Shown here: piece by piece, positions 9,627 through 20,687 of the stretch
How the letters are laid out: each line of letters starts with the position of its first letter
Numbering within the stretch: the first letter of the stretch is position 1
The notes under the pieces: model-generated
Seen by the model: the letters and a program-made list of their open reading frames with translations, nothing else
What the model was told of the DNA's origin: nothing
Databases searched by the model: none
Program-made: the position numbers and the translations under genes
Assembly (NCBI GenBank): GCA_963736915.1
Contig: CAVTQV010000005.1
Coordinates: 124,009 to 188,008, forward strand
From: an uncultured Acidobacteriaceae bacterium
Lineage (GTDB): Bacteria > Acidobacteriota > Terriglobia > Terriglobales > Acidobacteriaceae
Length of the DNA: 64,000 nt
Direction: 5' to 3'

Positions 9627-10783
9627 TGCACGCGCGCGAAGCGGCCGGCGATGCAGGTGGCGACGAGCTGCCCTTCCGGAGAGAAGGCGATAACGTCTGC
9701 ACGGCGGCCGGGCGAAATGGCTCCGTGCGTCCCGGCAAAGCCGCTGAGCGCCGCAGGATTCGTGGTGGCGAGCCGAGCGACTGTAGCGAGCGGCGCGCCA
9801 GTGAACTCCGCGAAGTTATGCACAGCGCGATCCATGGTGAGCACGCTGCCGGCCAGCACATCGCCATGCGTGGCACGTCCGTCGGCTACATCGACTTCGA
9901 AGGTGCCGAGGCGATACCGGCCGTTGGGCATGCCGGTGGCGCTCATGCCATCGGTGATGAGGATGGCACGCGCCGGCCCCTTGGAACGCCAGTAGATGCG
10001 GACGGTGATGGGATCGACATGGATGCCGTCGGCGATGATCTCGGCGTAGAGGGAGTCATCATCCAGCACTTCGCCCAGCATCCCGGGCTCGCGATGGTCG
10101 AGACCGCGCATGGCGTTGTAAGTGTGGGTGGCGGAGACTCCGCCGGCGGCGATGCCTTCGCGGGTCTCGGCAGCGGTCGCGTCACTGTGGCCGAGGCTGA
10201 TGCGCACACCGAGCGATGTGGCGTGTTTGATGAGGTCGAGCGTGTTGGGCAGTTCCGGCGCAACCGTCATCAGGCGGATGTGGCCGCGGGCGGCCTGCCA
10301 GAAGCGATCGAATAGCTCGACGGAGGGCGGCTGCAACAATTCGGGCGGATGCACACCGCGTTTCGCGTGCGAGAGGAATGGGCCTTCGAGGTGGATGCCC
10401 AGTGGCGTAGCTCCTTCGATGGAGCCGGGGTTTTCTATCAACCCAGCGAGACCTTCAAGAGCACTGAGAATGTCGTCCACCTTTGCGGTGACTGTCGTCG
10501 GCAGGAAGGCGCCCACACCACGAGATGCGAGAAAGCGGCTCACATGTGATACGCCTTCGGCCGTGCCTTCCATCACGTCATGGTTGGCGGCGCCGTGCAC
10601 GTGAATGTCGAGCATCGCGGGCGTGAGCAGGGCGCCGCTGAGATCGTGATGCTCCTGATGCTGCGGCAGACCGTCTCCGCGGACGCCGAAGCTGTGGATG
10701 GTGCCGTCTTCAATGAGCAGCCATGGTTCGGCGAGGACGGAATCCGGCAACACCAGGTTGCCGGCGGTTAGCAGAATGCGCAT
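9623..10783 (-). CDS. nagA: N-acetylglucosamine-6-phosphate deacetylase
   Basis: [33 protein letters not shown]. Confidence 0.95.
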   Translation of the reverse strand: MRILLTAGNLVLPDSVLAEPWLLIEDGTIHSFGVRGDGLPQHQEHHDLSGALLTPAMLDIHVHGAANHDVMEGTAEGVSHVSRFLASRGVGAFLPTTVTAKVDDILSALEGLAGLIENPGSIEGATPLGIHLEGPFLSHAKRGVHPPELLQPPSVELFDRFWQAARGHIRLMTVAPELPNTLDLIKHATSLGVRISLGHSDATAAETREGIAAGGVSATHTYNAMRGLDHREPGMLGEVLDDDSLYAEIIADGIHVDPITVRIYWRSKGPARAILITDGMSATGMPNGRYRLGTFEVDVADGRATHGDVLAGSVLTMDRAVHNFAEFTGAPLATVARLATTNPAALSGFAGTHGAISPGRRADVIAFSPEGQLVATCIAGRFARVQ

Positions 10784-10811
10784 GATGATTCCTTCGTACC
10801 ATTATCCGATG

Positions 10812-12914
10812 TCAGTCGCCATTGACGACGGGAACACCGATTTCCTCTGCTTTGGGCAGTGTGTGAGTAGAGGAGAGCTGGGCGCGCAGGGCGTCGAACT
10901 GGCGGCCACGCGCGATCCATAGCTGGATTGCCATGTCGTATTGCGCGAGCACGTTCTGGAGCCAGTAGGGGCGGTTGTCGCGCAGCCACGCCTGCTCAAA
11001 AAGCTCGCGGGTCAAGGTGTAGCCGTCGCGCAGGTCCTGACAGCGGCCGTTAGCACTGCTGATCTGGACCAGATCGCTGAAGGCGGGCGAGTGCGGTGTC
11101 GCCGCCTGGCTGTACGCATCGGAGTAGGCGTGGGCCATCTCGTCGGCGAATTGGAACTTCATCCCAATGAAGTCGATGCGGCGCGCTCCAAGGGCGAGTG
11201 CGTCAAGCGCTTCCTGCTCGCGGAGCGGAGCGCCGACGCGGGCTTGGTCGATGAGCGTGATGGCATTTTCGGTGCTGAGGCGGACATCTCTAAGGATAGG
11301 CAGCAGCTTGGCCGAGTCCTGCTGACCTTCACTGCTCCAGGGATCTTCCCAGAAGAGCGCGTTCGATGCACCGAAGCGGAAGCCGTTGTCGGAGAGCAGC
11401 TTCTGCGCAGCCATGATCTCAGCTTGTGCCTTATCGACTTTGCCGCTGAGATCACCATGAAACACTGCGCCGTAGCCGGATTGGAATTGCGGAATGGAAC
11501 TTTCTCCGGGCTGCCATGCAGCGGCTGCACCGAAGAGGACACCGTACCAATCCTCGTCGAAGATGCCTTCGCCGTCATCATTCCAGACGGTGTTCAGCAT
11601 GCCCTTCGCGCCAAGGCGCTGGCCGTCGCGAACGAAGTGCTGGATATTGACCAGGCCGACGTTGCTGTCCGGATAGACGCGACGCCAGTTGTTGACTCCG
11701 GGGGCGACCCAGACCTCCATACCCGCGCGATTGAAGGGCTGGATGTACTTATCGAAATTCGGCTTGGCGTCGTAGACCCAGGGGACGCCGATCATGTCCT
11801 TTGGCAATGCGGAGAGCAGGTCGGGATTGTGCCAGGCGAGATCTCCCCAAAAGAGGATGCGCTTGCCGGTCGGCTGAATGGTGCTGTGAATCTGGGTAAG
11901 GAAATCGACATAGACCTGATCGAGTCCGCGCTGGGCGACGAGGTCTTTTGTTTGGCCTTTGCCGAGCTCGTTGGTCTCATCCGCGCCGATGTGTACCCAC
12001 GGCGAGGGGAATTGCTGCGCGATCTGGGTGAACCAGCTTTTGATCAGCGCAAGCGAGCCGGGCTGGACGGGTGAGAGCACGTGACCATGCGGTGTTTCGG
12101 CGAGCGAGGAGAACTGCTCGTATTTGAGAACGTGATGCAGATGGCCGAAGGCCTCCTGCTCCGGCACCACGGTGACGTGATACTGCGCGGCGTAGTGGAC
12201 GAGTTCGGCGACATCGCCTGGCGACATGGAGCCGCCGGGCGGCGCGACGAGGGGCGATGCGGAGTATTGAAGTGTGTGCTCGAAATAGGGCGAGTAGATA
12301 TTGAGCTTGTATGCGGCGAGCGTGCGGACCTGGCGCTTCTGGAATTCGAGCGTGGGCACGGGACCGCGGGAGAGATCGTCATCAAGGCCGCGATGCGGAA
12401 GCGCGGGCCAGTCGCGGATGGTGGCGGTCTGGAGCCGGGCTTCTTTGCTGTTCCCGACCACGAGTTGCTTGACGGTCTGGGCACCATAGAAGAGGCCGGT
12501 GCCGGTGGCCGCGATGATGGCGAGGCCGCGGCGACGCGGGAGGATGACGTAGCCCTCGTCGTGCATTGCGGGATCGAAGGTGATGTGGGCGGATGCGAGC
12601 AGCGTCCTGCCGGAGGGAGTGCTGGCACGGAGTAGCTCGACAACCGGGCCGGCGGCACCGCTCGGGATGTGGCGCTCCTTCAGCGTGGCGCGTAGGTCTT
12701 CCGCCGTGAAGCGGTCTTCCGCGTCGCGGGAGCCGACCCGGATGGAGATGCCGCGATCAAGAGGAAGAAGCCTGCCTGACTGAACCTCGCGCGGCATGGG
12801 AATGAGCTTGAGCGCGGGGGCAGGCTGCGCACGCAATGGCTCGAGAGACGCGAGGACGGCGATTGCAAGAAACGAGAACAGGGCTGCGCGTGAGGCTCGC
12901 GTGATCTTTACCAT
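10812..12914 (-). CDS. GH20 beta-N-acetylhexosaminidase, secreted
   Basis: Signal peptide; IRDWP…RG; HIGADE catalytic motif; upstream of nagA. Confidence 0.9.
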   Translation of the reverse strand: MVKITRASRAALFSFLAIAVLASLEPLRAQPAPALKLIPMPREVQSGRLLPLDRGISIRVGSRDAEDRFTAEDLRATLKERHIPSGAAGPVVELLRASTPSGRTLLASAHITFDPAMHDEGYVILPRRRGLAIIAATGTGLFYGAQTVKQLVVGNSKEARLQTATIRDWPALPHRGLDDDLSRGPVPTLEFQKRQVRTLAAYKLNIYSPYFEHTLQYSASPLVAPPGGSMSPGDVAELVHYAAQYHVTVVPEQEAFGHLHHVLKYEQFSSLAETPHGHVLSPVQPGSLALIKSWFTQIAQQFPSPWVHIGADETNELGKGQTKDLVAQRGLDQVYVDFLTQIHSTIQPTGKRILFWGDLAWHNPDLLSALPKDMIGVPWVYDAKPNFDKYIQPFNRAGMEVWVAPGVNNWRRVYPDSNVGLVNIQHFVRDGQRLGAKGMLNTVWNDDGEGIFDEDWYGVLFGAAAAWQPGESSIPQFQSGYGAVFHGDLSGKVDKAQAEIMAAQKLLSDNGFRFGASNALFWEDPWSSEGQQDSAKLLPILRDVRLSTENAITLIDQARVGAPLREQEALDALALGARRIDFIGMKFQFADEMAHAYSDAYSQAATPHSPAFSDLVQISSANGRCQDLRDGYTLTRELFEQAWLRDNRPYWLQNVLAQYDMAIQLWIARGRQFDALRAQLSSTHTLPKAEEIGVPVVNGD

Positions 12915-13077
12915 TCCATCCTTTTACGATTGGGATTGCTATCGGGCGGTTTGGACAACCCTCCCAATGTAACGCGGCTTAGGGAACGTATAACTTCGCG
13001 ATCACAACGCGCTGGCCTGTTCCCGCGGACACCGGCGTAAGCTTTCGTGTTATAAACGGCTGTTTCGGAGGGAATGC

Positions 13078-14391
13078 ATGGCGGAGCTGCGCTATCAGTC
13101 TGGGTTTCTAAACGAGTTTGCTACCGAAGCCGAGCCGGGCGCGCTGCCGGTCGGGCAGAATACACCGCAGAAGCATCCGCTGGGCCTGTATGCGGAGCAG
13201 TTCAGCGGGACACCCTTTACTGCGCCGCGGCACCGAAATCGGCGGTCGTGGCTCTACCGCATCCGGCCATCGACCGTACACAAGCCCTACACGCCGGTGC
13301 GGGCGCAGCGGCTGATCCGTGGCTGGCCGAATCCCGACGCCGTCACCTCGCCCAACCAGTTGCGGTGGAGCCCGGAGCCGATCCCCCCGGGTGCGGTCGA
13401 TTTTGTGGACGGCATCATGACGCTCGGCGGCAATGGCGATCTGTCAGTACAGACCGGCGTGGCAATCCACATCTATGTGGCAACCCGCTCCATGCACAAA
13501 CGGTTCTTTTGGAATGCCGATGGCGAGTTCCTGGTGGTGCCGCAGGAAGGCAAGCTGCTGATCTTTACCGAGCTGGGCAAGCTGGAGGTAGGACCGGGGG
13601 AGATCTGCGTTCTGCCGCGCGGGCTGAAGTATCGAGTGGAGCTCATAGATAAGGCGGCGCGCGGCTACATCTGCGAGAACTACGGACAGCCACTGCGGCT
13701 GCCGGAGTTGGGGCCGATCGGCGCGAACGGCCTGGCAAACGCGCGAGACTTTCTGAGCCCGGTGGCGGCGTACGAGAACGTGGAAGAGCATGTCGAGGTG
13801 ATTGCGAAGTATGGTGGCTCGCTGTGGTGCAGCGGGATGGAGCACTCGCCGCTGAATGTGGTTGGCTGGCACGGGAACTATGCGCCATACAAATACGACC
13901 TGGCGCGCTTCAACACCATCAACACGGTAAGTTTCGATCATCCCGATCCATCGATTTACACGGTGCTGACTTCGCTGAGCGAGATACCGGGCACGCCAAA
14001 TGTCGACTTTGTGATCTTTCCGCCGCGATGGATGGTGGCGGAGCACACCTTCCGGCCGCCGTGGTTCCATCGCAACGTGATGAACGAGTTCATGGGGCTG
14101 ATCTTCGGCGAGTACGAGGCAAAGGCCGGAGGATTCCTGCCGGGCGGATGCAGCCTGCACAACTGCATGAGCGGGCATGGGCCGGACGCGGAGACCTACG
14201 AAAAAGCAAGCAATGCGGAGTTGAAGCCGGTGCGTCTGGAAAACACACTGGCCTTCATGTTCGAAACGCGCTTCGTGGTGCAGACCACCAAGCACGCGCT
14301 GGAGAGCAATACGCTGCAGCGAAACTACTTTGAATGCTGGCAGGGCTTGAACCGGCGCTTCACCCCGCCCGGCCACCACCACCAATCTTGA
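13078..14391 (+). CDS. hmgA: Homogentisate 1,2-dioxygenase
   Basis: [41 protein letters not shown]. Confidence 0.97.
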   Translation: MAELRYQSGFLNEFATEAEPGALPVGQNTPQKHPLGLYAEQFSGTPFTAPRHRNRRSWLYRIRPSTVHKPYTPVRAQRLIRGWPNPDAVTSPNQLRWSPEPIPPGAVDFVDGIMTLGGNGDLSVQTGVAIHIYVATRSMHKRFFWNADGEFLVVPQEGKLLIFTELGKLEVGPGEICVLPRGLKYRVELIDKAARGYICENYGQPLRLPELGPIGANGLANARDFLSPVAAYENVEEHVEVIAKYGGSLWCSGMEHSPLNVVGWHGNYAPYKYDLARFNTINTVSFDHPDPSIYTVLTSLSEIPGTPNVDFVIFPPRWMVAEHTFRPPWFHRNVMNEFMGLIFGEYEAKAGGFLPGGCSLHNCMSGHGPDAETYEKASNAELKPVRLENTLAFMFETRFVVQTTKHALESNTLQRNYFECWQGLNRRFTPPGHHHQS

Positions 14392-15278
14392 GCGGTACAG
14401 AACATTCTGTCCTGCGCAGTCTGCTGGCTGGGCTGATCGATTACGCAGGGCTATTTCCGCCTGCCTGCCTGACGATGGATGCTGTCGTACGTAACTACGA
14501 CAGCTACATACGAGGCGAGCACGCCTGGATGCTGGGGAGGCTCATCGTGCCAGCGAGCTGCCTGGCGGAATACGAAGAAGTCGTGCGGACTGCGCACGTG
14601 GATGCCAGCGCATGGCGGCTGAGCGTGCTGGCGACTGCGGCAGACGTGGAGCGAGTCACTCGCTTCAATGCGGACAAGCGCGACCGATTTGGCGAAATCG
14701 ATGTTCTGGAAGTGAAGGCTGCGAATGCCCGCGAGATTCACGATACGGCGCTGGCGTACGGAGGCTATCAGCTTTACCTGGAGACGCCGCCAGAGACGTG
14801 GCGCTCGCTGCTGCCGGCGATGGGTGTCGCTCATGCGAGAGCAAAGATCCGGACCGGCGGACAGGTGGCCGAGGCGATTCCGGAGGAGGCGCGTGTACTG
14901 GAGTTCCTGCGCGTTGCGAGCGAGCGGCGGGTGGCCTTCAAGGCGACAGCGGGGCTGCATCATCCGCTGCGCGCGATGCAGCGTCTCACCTACAAACAGG
15001 ACAGCCCGGAGGCCGTGATGCACGGCTTTCTGAACGTCTTCTGCGCTGCGGTGCTGCTGTGGCATGAGCCCGCGCTACGGCAGGAAGCAGCATGGATGCT
15101 GGGCGAGCGGGACGCCGATGCCATTACGATGGATGAGATGAGCATGACCTGGCACAACAGCGGAGTAACACTGACGACCGAACAGATTCTAGAGGCGCGC
15201 GCGCAGTTCTGTATCGGCTTCGGATCGTGTTCGTTCACGGAGCCGATTGAGGACCTGAGGGCGCTGGGATGGCTGTAA
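14388..15278 (+). CDS. Conserved hypothetical protein in homogentisate operon
   Basis: TTG start overlaps hmgA TGA; motifs [42 protein letters not shown]. Confidence 0.85.
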   Translation: MSGTEHSVLRSLLAGLIDYAGLFPPACLTMDAVVRNYDSYIRGEHAWMLGRLIVPASCLAEYEEVVRTAHVDASAWRLSVLATAADVERVTRFNADKRDRFGEIDVLEVKAANAREIHDTALAYGGYQLYLETPPETWRSLLPAMGVAHARAKIRTGGQVAEAIPEEARVLEFLRVASERRVAFKATAGLHHPLRAMQRLTYKQDSPEAVMHGFLNVFCAAVLLWHEPALRQEAAWMLGERDADAITMDEMSMTWHNSGVTLTTEQILEARAQFCIGFGSCSFTEPIEDLRALGWL

Positions 15279-16588
15279 ACACCAGCGATCCCGCGCTGCG
15301 GAGCTGGGTGAAGACGGCCCAGGTGCCGGGGACGGATTTCCCGATCCAGAATCTGCCGTTTGGTGTGGCGCGGATTCCCGGACAGGCCGAGCCGCGCATC
15401 GTTGTGGCCATCGGCGACCGCGGGCTGGACCTGCACGCGCTGACAACGGCCGGCATACTGACAGGGCTGGACGATGCGACTATCGCGGCCTGCAGGCAGA
15501 CGACACTGAACGCGCTGATGTCGCTGCCGCGCGCCTCGCTGCGGCTGTTGCGGGAACAACTGAGCGCCATGCTTGAAGAGGCCCGCGTGGAAACCATGCG
15601 GCACCGTGCCGCGGTGGAGTCAGCGTTGAAGCCGCAGAGCGCGGTGGAGATGCTGGTGCCCGCCGCCATCGGCGATTACACGGACTTCTATGCTTCGATC
15701 TATCACGCGACGAACGTCGGCAAGCTGTTTCGTCCGGACAATCCGCTGCTTCCGAATTACAAATATGTTCCGATCGGATACCACGGGCGAGCGTCGTCGA
15801 TTGTGCCCAGCGGCACGGCGGTGCGGCGGCCGCGCGGGCAACTTGCCGGTGCAGCGGGAGAGGCGCCGACATTCGCGCCGAGTCGCATGCTCGATTACGA
15901 ACTGGAGATGGGCGCGTTTGTCGGCAAAACTAATCCGTTAAGTGATGCGGTGCCGATCGACGAAGCGCGTGAACACCTCTTCGGACTATGCCTGGTCAAT
16001 GACTGGTCGGCGCGCGATATCCAGAGCTGGGAGTATCAGCCGTTGGGACCGTTTCTCGCGAAGAGTTTTGCGACGACGGTGTCGCCCTGGGTGGTGACGC
16101 TCGATGCGCTGGAGCCATTCCGCGTTCCGGCGTACTCGCGCCAGGAAGGCGATCCAGCACCGCTTCCGTATCTCACGGGCGGTGACGACCAGCGGCGAGG
16201 GGGGTTCGATGTACAGCTTGAGGTCTACCTTGAAACGCCGCGGATGCACCAGGCAGGCGAAGCGCCATTCCTGCTGAGCCGCAGCAATCTGCGCGAGCTC
16301 TACTGGACGCTCGCCCAGATGCTCGCACACCACACCAGCAACGGATGCAACCTGCGCACAGGTGATCTGCTGGCGACGGGAACAGTTTCGGGTTCGGCGA
16401 CGACATCGCGCGGATGCCTGCTTGAGATCACGGCACGCGGCGCGCAGCCGGTGATATTACGCAATGGAGAGACGCGGAAGTTTCTCGAAGACGGCGACAC
16501 GGTGATTTTCCGCGGCTACTGCGAGCGCGAGGGCGCGACGCGGATTGGCTTTGGGGAGTGCCGCGGGACGGTTTTGCCGGCGCGGTGA
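15269..16588 (+). CDS. fahA: Fumarylacetoacetase
   Basis: FPIQNLPFG, DYTDFYAS, GYHGRASS, LDYELE, NDWSARDIQ.WEY.PLGPF. Confidence 0.97.
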   Translation: MAVNTSDPALRSWVKTAQVPGTDFPIQNLPFGVARIPGQAEPRIVVAIGDRGLDLHALTTAGILTGLDDATIAACRQTTLNALMSLPRASLRLLREQLSAMLEEARVETMRHRAAVESALKPQSAVEMLVPAAIGDYTDFYASIYHATNVGKLFRPDNPLLPNYKYVPIGYHGRASSIVPSGTAVRRPRGQLAGAAGEAPTFAPSRMLDYELEMGAFVGKTNPLSDAVPIDEAREHLFGLCLVNDWSARDIQSWEYQPLGPFLAKSFATTVSPWVVTLDALEPFRVPAYSRQEGDPAPLPYLTGGDDQRRGGFDVQLEVYLETPRMHQAGEAPFLLSRSNLRELYWTLAQMLAHHTSNGCNLRTGDLLATGTVSGSATTSRGCLLEITARGAQPVILRNGETRKFLEDGDTVIFRGYCEREGATRIGFGECRGTVLPAR

Positions 16589-16594
16589 AAGCCG

Positions 16595-16626
16595 ACTGCG
16601 GGTTCTTCGCGTTGCTCAGGATGATA
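16595..16626. repeat. REP-like repeat (…CTCAGGATGA family)
   Basis: ACTGCGGGTTCTTCGCGTTGCTCAGGATGATA between convergent genes. Confidence 0.7.
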
Positions 16627-16637
16627 TCTGCGCTTCT

Positions 16638-17135
16638 TTACTGAAAATCCGGCTTCCAGAGCGGAAGAGGACGCGCCCAGAAGATGATCTCTCCGGGATT
16701 CGCCTGCACCGTTCGGGTATTGCATTCGTTGTGCGCGACGAAGCCTTTGTGAACGGCCTGCTGCACCGGCACGGCAAGGGTCGGGCCGCTGCAACTGAAA
16801 TAGGCGAGGCGGTTCGGGTCGCCGTAGTCCTTTGTGGCGGGCTTCAGCGTGAAATTCTGGCTGCCCGCCAGGATATCCATCGTGCCGCGTCCCTTGCCGC
16901 CCACGTAGACGAGCGACTCTTCGGCGTCGGCGTCCCACTCGATAACGACGTTCTGGTGGCTCATGGGCTCGCCGGTGTCGACATTGATAAGGCGAATGAC
17001 CAGCCGGCTGGGTTCTACAGCGGCCAGTGCGGAGGAGGAACTGCTGCGCGTGGTGTCAGAAAAGGCAGTTCCGTGCATCGCCAGCACAAGCGCTGCGCAA
17101 AGGGCTGTCTTTCTCCAGATGTGTGTTTCGAACAT
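16638..17135 (-). CDS. Secreted hypothetical protein
   Basis: Signal peptide; C-terminal PGEIIFWARPL. Confidence 0.7.
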   Translation of the reverse strand: MFETHIWRKTALCAALVLAMHGTAFSDTTRSSSSSALAAVEPSRLVIRLINVDTGEPMSHQNVVIEWDADAEESLVYVGGKGRGTMDILAGSQNFTLKPATKDYGDPNRLAYFSCSGPTLAVPVQQAVHKGFVAHNECNTRTVQANPGEIIFWARPLPLWKPDFQ

Positions 17136-17334
17136 AGCGGGTCGTCATTTCCGCGCTCGAAGCGCGTACTCTCATGATCCGATAGCGCGAGCGATTCCCA
17201 ACCTACACAGAAGTGAAATGCGCGTCACCCGTGTGGTGGTGAATAGGCCCACTTCGGGAAAATGTGGCAACTGTGCAATACAGTATTCATAGTGCTTGAG
17301 CGCGCTTCGCGCTGATATCGAAACGAAGGGATGG

Positions 17335-17398
17335 CACATCCGTTCGATAAGCTCAGGGCAGGCTCCTCACTCCACCTTCAGCTACGTTCAGGATGCCA
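17335..17398. repeat. Degenerate REP-like repeat
   Basis: …GCTCAGGGCAGGCT…CGTTCAGGATGCCA just after the ALDH stop. Confidence 0.5.
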
Positions 17399-17406
17399 AA
17401 CTGACT

Positions 17407-18867
17407 CTAGAAGCGCGCGATGAGCATCCGCTCTTCCGTCATGGACTCGATTGCCGAACGCAGGCCCTCGCGGCCGGTTCCGCTTTCCTTCACACCACCA
17501 TAAGGCATGTGCTCCGCGCGCCAGGATGTCGCCTCATTGATAAGGACGGCGCCCGCCTCGATCTCGCGGAAGGCCTGCGTAATGCGTCCCCAGTCCTTGG
17601 TGAAGACGGCGGCCTGCAGACCATAGCGTGAGTCGTTGACGGCGGTGATGGCTTCATCGAAGCTGTCGTACGGATTGAGAAAGACGACAGGCGCGAAAGC
17701 CTCTTCCTTGAAGAGCGGTGTGTTGTGCGGGACCTTGGCCAGCAGCGAGGGCGAAAGCTGCGCGCCGCGGCGCTCTCCGCCGGTGATGAGGCGCGCGCCG
17801 GCATCGACGGCTTTCTCGATCCAGTCGGCAGCGCGTTCGGCGGCGGCGAGCGAGATCATGGGGCCGATCTGCGTCTGCTCGTCAAGCGGATCGCCGGCGT
17901 GCATCTGCTCGATGCCTTCGGTAAGGCGCTGCGCAAGCGTCTGCCAGCGGGTTTTGTGGACGAAGACGCGCTGGACCGAGATGCAACTTTGCCCGGAGTA
18001 GCTGAAGCCTCCGGTGAGAATGGATTGCGCGGCAAGATCGAGATCCGCATCTTCATGAACGATCATCGCCGCGTTGCCGCCGAGCTCCAGCGTGCAGCGC
18101 AAGCGCGGGGCCATGGCTTTGAGCTTCCAACCCACCGCAGCGCTGCCGGTAAACGTAAGCATGCGCAGGCGCGAGTCGGCGAGCATGCCTGCGGTGACCT
18201 CGTTCGAGCAGGGCAGAACGCTGATGGCGCCCCGCGGCCAGCCTGCATCCACCGCCATTTCGCCGAGGCGCAAGGCGCTGAGCGGCGTCTGCGGCGCCGG
18301 CTTGAGGATGATGGGATTGCCGGAGGCGATCGCCGGTGCGAGCTTGTGCGCAACAAGGTTCACCGGGAAATTGAATGGGGTAATGCCGAGAATGGGCCCG
18401 ATGGGGAAACGCCGGATGAGCGCTGCGCGGTTCTCGTTACCGGCGGTCCAGTCGAGCGGCAGTAGCTCTCCATTGATGCGCTTGGCTTCCTCAGCAGCAA
18501 CGCGGAAGGTCTGGACGGCGCGCTGGACTTCCGTGCGTGCGGCGGAGAGCGGCTTGCCGGCTTCGAGGGCGATGCCACGGGCAAGGTCGAGGGATTCGCG
18601 CTCGATGCGAGCGGCAATGTGCTCCAGGATGGCCGCACGACGCCACGATGGCAGCGATTTTGTTTCGGCAAAAGCCTTCTCCGCCGCGCGGAGCGCTTCG
18701 TCCGCATCGCCGCCGGTGGCCTGGCATACTGCCGCGATGACGTGATTATCGTAGGGGCTGCGCACCTCGCCAGTGGCTTCGCTGTTGCGGAGATTGCCGG
18801 CAATCATGAGGGGCGTGGCGGCAGGCGAGCCTTGGGTTGCGGCCCGTTTGGCTTTGGAGATCGGCAT
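17407..18867 (-). CDS. Aldehyde dehydrogenase family protein
   Basis: ITPFNFP, FTGS, LELGGNA, GQSCISVQR, EEAFAP, YGGVKESG.GREG. Confidence 0.95.
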   Translation of the reverse strand: MPISKAKRAATQGSPAATPLMIAGNLRNSEATGEVRSPYDNHVIAAVCQATGGDADEALRAAEKAFAETKSLPSWRRAAILEHIAARIERESLDLARGIALEAGKPLSAARTEVQRAVQTFRVAAEEAKRINGELLPLDWTAGNENRAALIRRFPIGPILGITPFNFPVNLVAHKLAPAIASGNPIILKPAPQTPLSALRLGEMAVDAGWPRGAISVLPCSNEVTAGMLADSRLRMLTFTGSAAVGWKLKAMAPRLRCTLELGGNAAMIVHEDADLDLAAQSILTGGFSYSGQSCISVQRVFVHKTRWQTLAQRLTEGIEQMHAGDPLDEQTQIGPMISLAAAERAADWIEKAVDAGARLITGGERRGAQLSPSLLAKVPHNTPLFKEEAFAPVVFLNPYDSFDEAITAVNDSRYGLQAAVFTKDWGRITQAFREIEAGAVLINEATSWRAEHMPYGGVKESGTGREGLRSAIESMTEERMLIARF

Positions 18868-18995
18868 CGCTCCTATGGTAGCGGGAGGCGAGAGTAAAGC
18901 ATGGCGTACGAGGCAACCGGAAACTAAACAGACAGCAAACTTTGGTCATGGCGAAGTTTCGGCGAAGGACGGATGTTTCGATTGAGGAATCGAAT

Positions 18996-19011
18996 CGTTC
19001 CACGTGGAACA
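18996..19011. other. parS: parS site
   Basis: CGTTCCACGTGGAACA, 15/16 to TGTTCCACGTGGAACA, intergenic. Confidence 0.8.
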
Positions 19012-19086
19012 TTCTGGTGAAGAATAGGCGAAGGCAGACTATGGTGTCGGCAGGCAATATATTCAACCTGCTTTTGAGGTGATGCA

Positions 19087-19467
19087 ATGACCAGTGCCCT
19101 CCCCCGACCCTTTGTCCCTGTTACGCAGCTTTTGATGGCCGTGATGAAGGTAGCCGCGCAACACCACCGCGCCGGTCGCGCCGCTGCCGCGCGAACGATG
19201 TACCTGGAAGTCTTGCAGATGGATCCGCGCCATGCGGATGCGCTCTTTCTGCTGGGAGTGTTGGAGCGCCAGGCGGGACAGCTGGAAGAGGCACGCCGGC
19301 GGTTGAGCGAGGCGGCGCGCTGGGCGGCGGACCGCGCTCCGATAGATGCCGAACTGCGGACTGTGGAGCAGCTTCTGCATCGGCGTGATCGCAAGCCGAT
19401 ACAGGGATGGCGCGAGACGCGGTATGCGACGGACTGCTCTGCCTTGCCGATGACCGCGCGCGCATAA
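19087..19467 (+). CDS. Short TPR protein
   Basis: A.QHHRAG…Y.EVL..DPRHADALFLLG. Confidence 0.75.
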   Translation: MTSALPRPFVPVTQLLMAVMKVAAQHHRAGRAAAARTMYLEVLQMDPRHADALFLLGVLERQAGQLEEARRRLSEAARWAADRAPIDAELRTVEQLLHRRDRKPIQGWRETRYATDCSALPMTARA

Positions 19468-19567
19468 TCCGCAAAGCCAGTCTCGAGATCAGCCCGTTAC
19501 AATGAACGAGGCAGCCTGCGCGGTAGAACCGCCTTGGCGCGCCGTATCTCGCCGTAACAGGACTGGA

Positions 19568-20497
19568 ATGACACTCGCGTCTAGCACTTTGCAGCAGACC
19601 GTCGAACAGGCCGCACAGCAGGCCGGTCTCACCATTTTGACCACCACCGAGGGTGCGGATTTCCACGGGAAGCCGACCTCCATTTTCCGGCTTGGGTTGT
19701 CGGCTGATAGCGCCAACGAACGCACCTTGACGCTGGAGTTGAGCGAGGGCTTTGCGCCCGTGACGGCCGACCAGAAGCAGGGATTGGCGGTCTATCTGCA
19801 ACAGGCGGCGAAGCGGCTGCGTAATCCGAATCCGAATGCGATGGTCTCCCTTGCCGGTCTACCGCTGGTTTGCCGCGAGTTCAAGTGGCCGTTCCACTTG
19901 TCGACGTCAGGCGCTGATACCTACCTGGTGCATGGGGTGGTTGGTCTGGAGGATGGCGCCGGGGCACCGTTGCATGCAAAGGTGGCAGCGAGCATGACCG
20001 TGACCTTTGCGGAAGTCGTCTCTGCTCCGGAGCAGCCGTACGCGGAAGCATTCATCTACAACGCAGTGCGCAAGACGCTGGACCAGGGACAACTGGAGAT
20101 GTTGAAGTCGGGCAATCGCCAGCCGGTGCCGGTGACCACGCGCTACTACAGCCGGTGGCAGAAGAAATTCATCTTCTCCGACACGACGGAGGCGGCGCGG
20201 CGCGAGTTCCTGAAGATGAAGGTCTATTGGCTTTCCGCGACACTGGGCGGCAATCAGCCGATATGGATCGCCGATGCCTACGACGCGCAGTATCTGAATA
20301 CGGCACCGGAAGAGTTGCAGAAAGAAGCTGCGCAGTTGGCGCAGGAAGGCTGGCTGGCGCTCGATGGCGAGTTTGCCGCGGCAACCCCGAAACTGGCCGG
20401 AGAGGCCGAGCACTATCGCGCATTGCTGGACCATGGACTCTCGCTGACCAAGCCGGAGTTCAATGAAGAGATGCGGCACGGCCACACCAATATGTAG
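19568..20497 (+). CDS. Conserved hypothetical protein
   Basis: Long ORF with host-like codon usage; no motif recognised. Confidence 0.8.
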   Translation: MTLASSTLQQTVEQAAQQAGLTILTTTEGADFHGKPTSIFRLGLSADSANERTLTLELSEGFAPVTADQKQGLAVYLQQAAKRLRNPNPNAMVSLAGLPLVCREFKWPFHLSTSGADTYLVHGVVGLEDGAGAPLHAKVAASMTVTFAEVVSAPEQPYAEAFIYNAVRKTLDQGQLEMLKSGNRQPVPVTTRYYSRWQKKFIFSDTTEAARREFLKMKVYWLSATLGGNQPIWIADAYDAQYLNTAPEELQKEAAQLAQEGWLALDGEFAAATPKLAGEAEHYRALLDHGLSLTKPEFNEEMRHGHTNM

Positions 20498-20687
20498 CCT
20501 GCCTGAAAGGCCTTTTCTTCTTCCAGCAGATCCGGTAAAGCAAAAGAAGTGGCCAACGACATGCGCGCGAAGTGGCTGATCATTGTCTCCGCGCACGAAC
20601 GCAGCGTGTACCCGGGACCTGCGCTTGCATGGGCCAAAACAGCGGGAGCGGCGACTTATATTGGCCATAGGTGATGCGGCCACCTGA

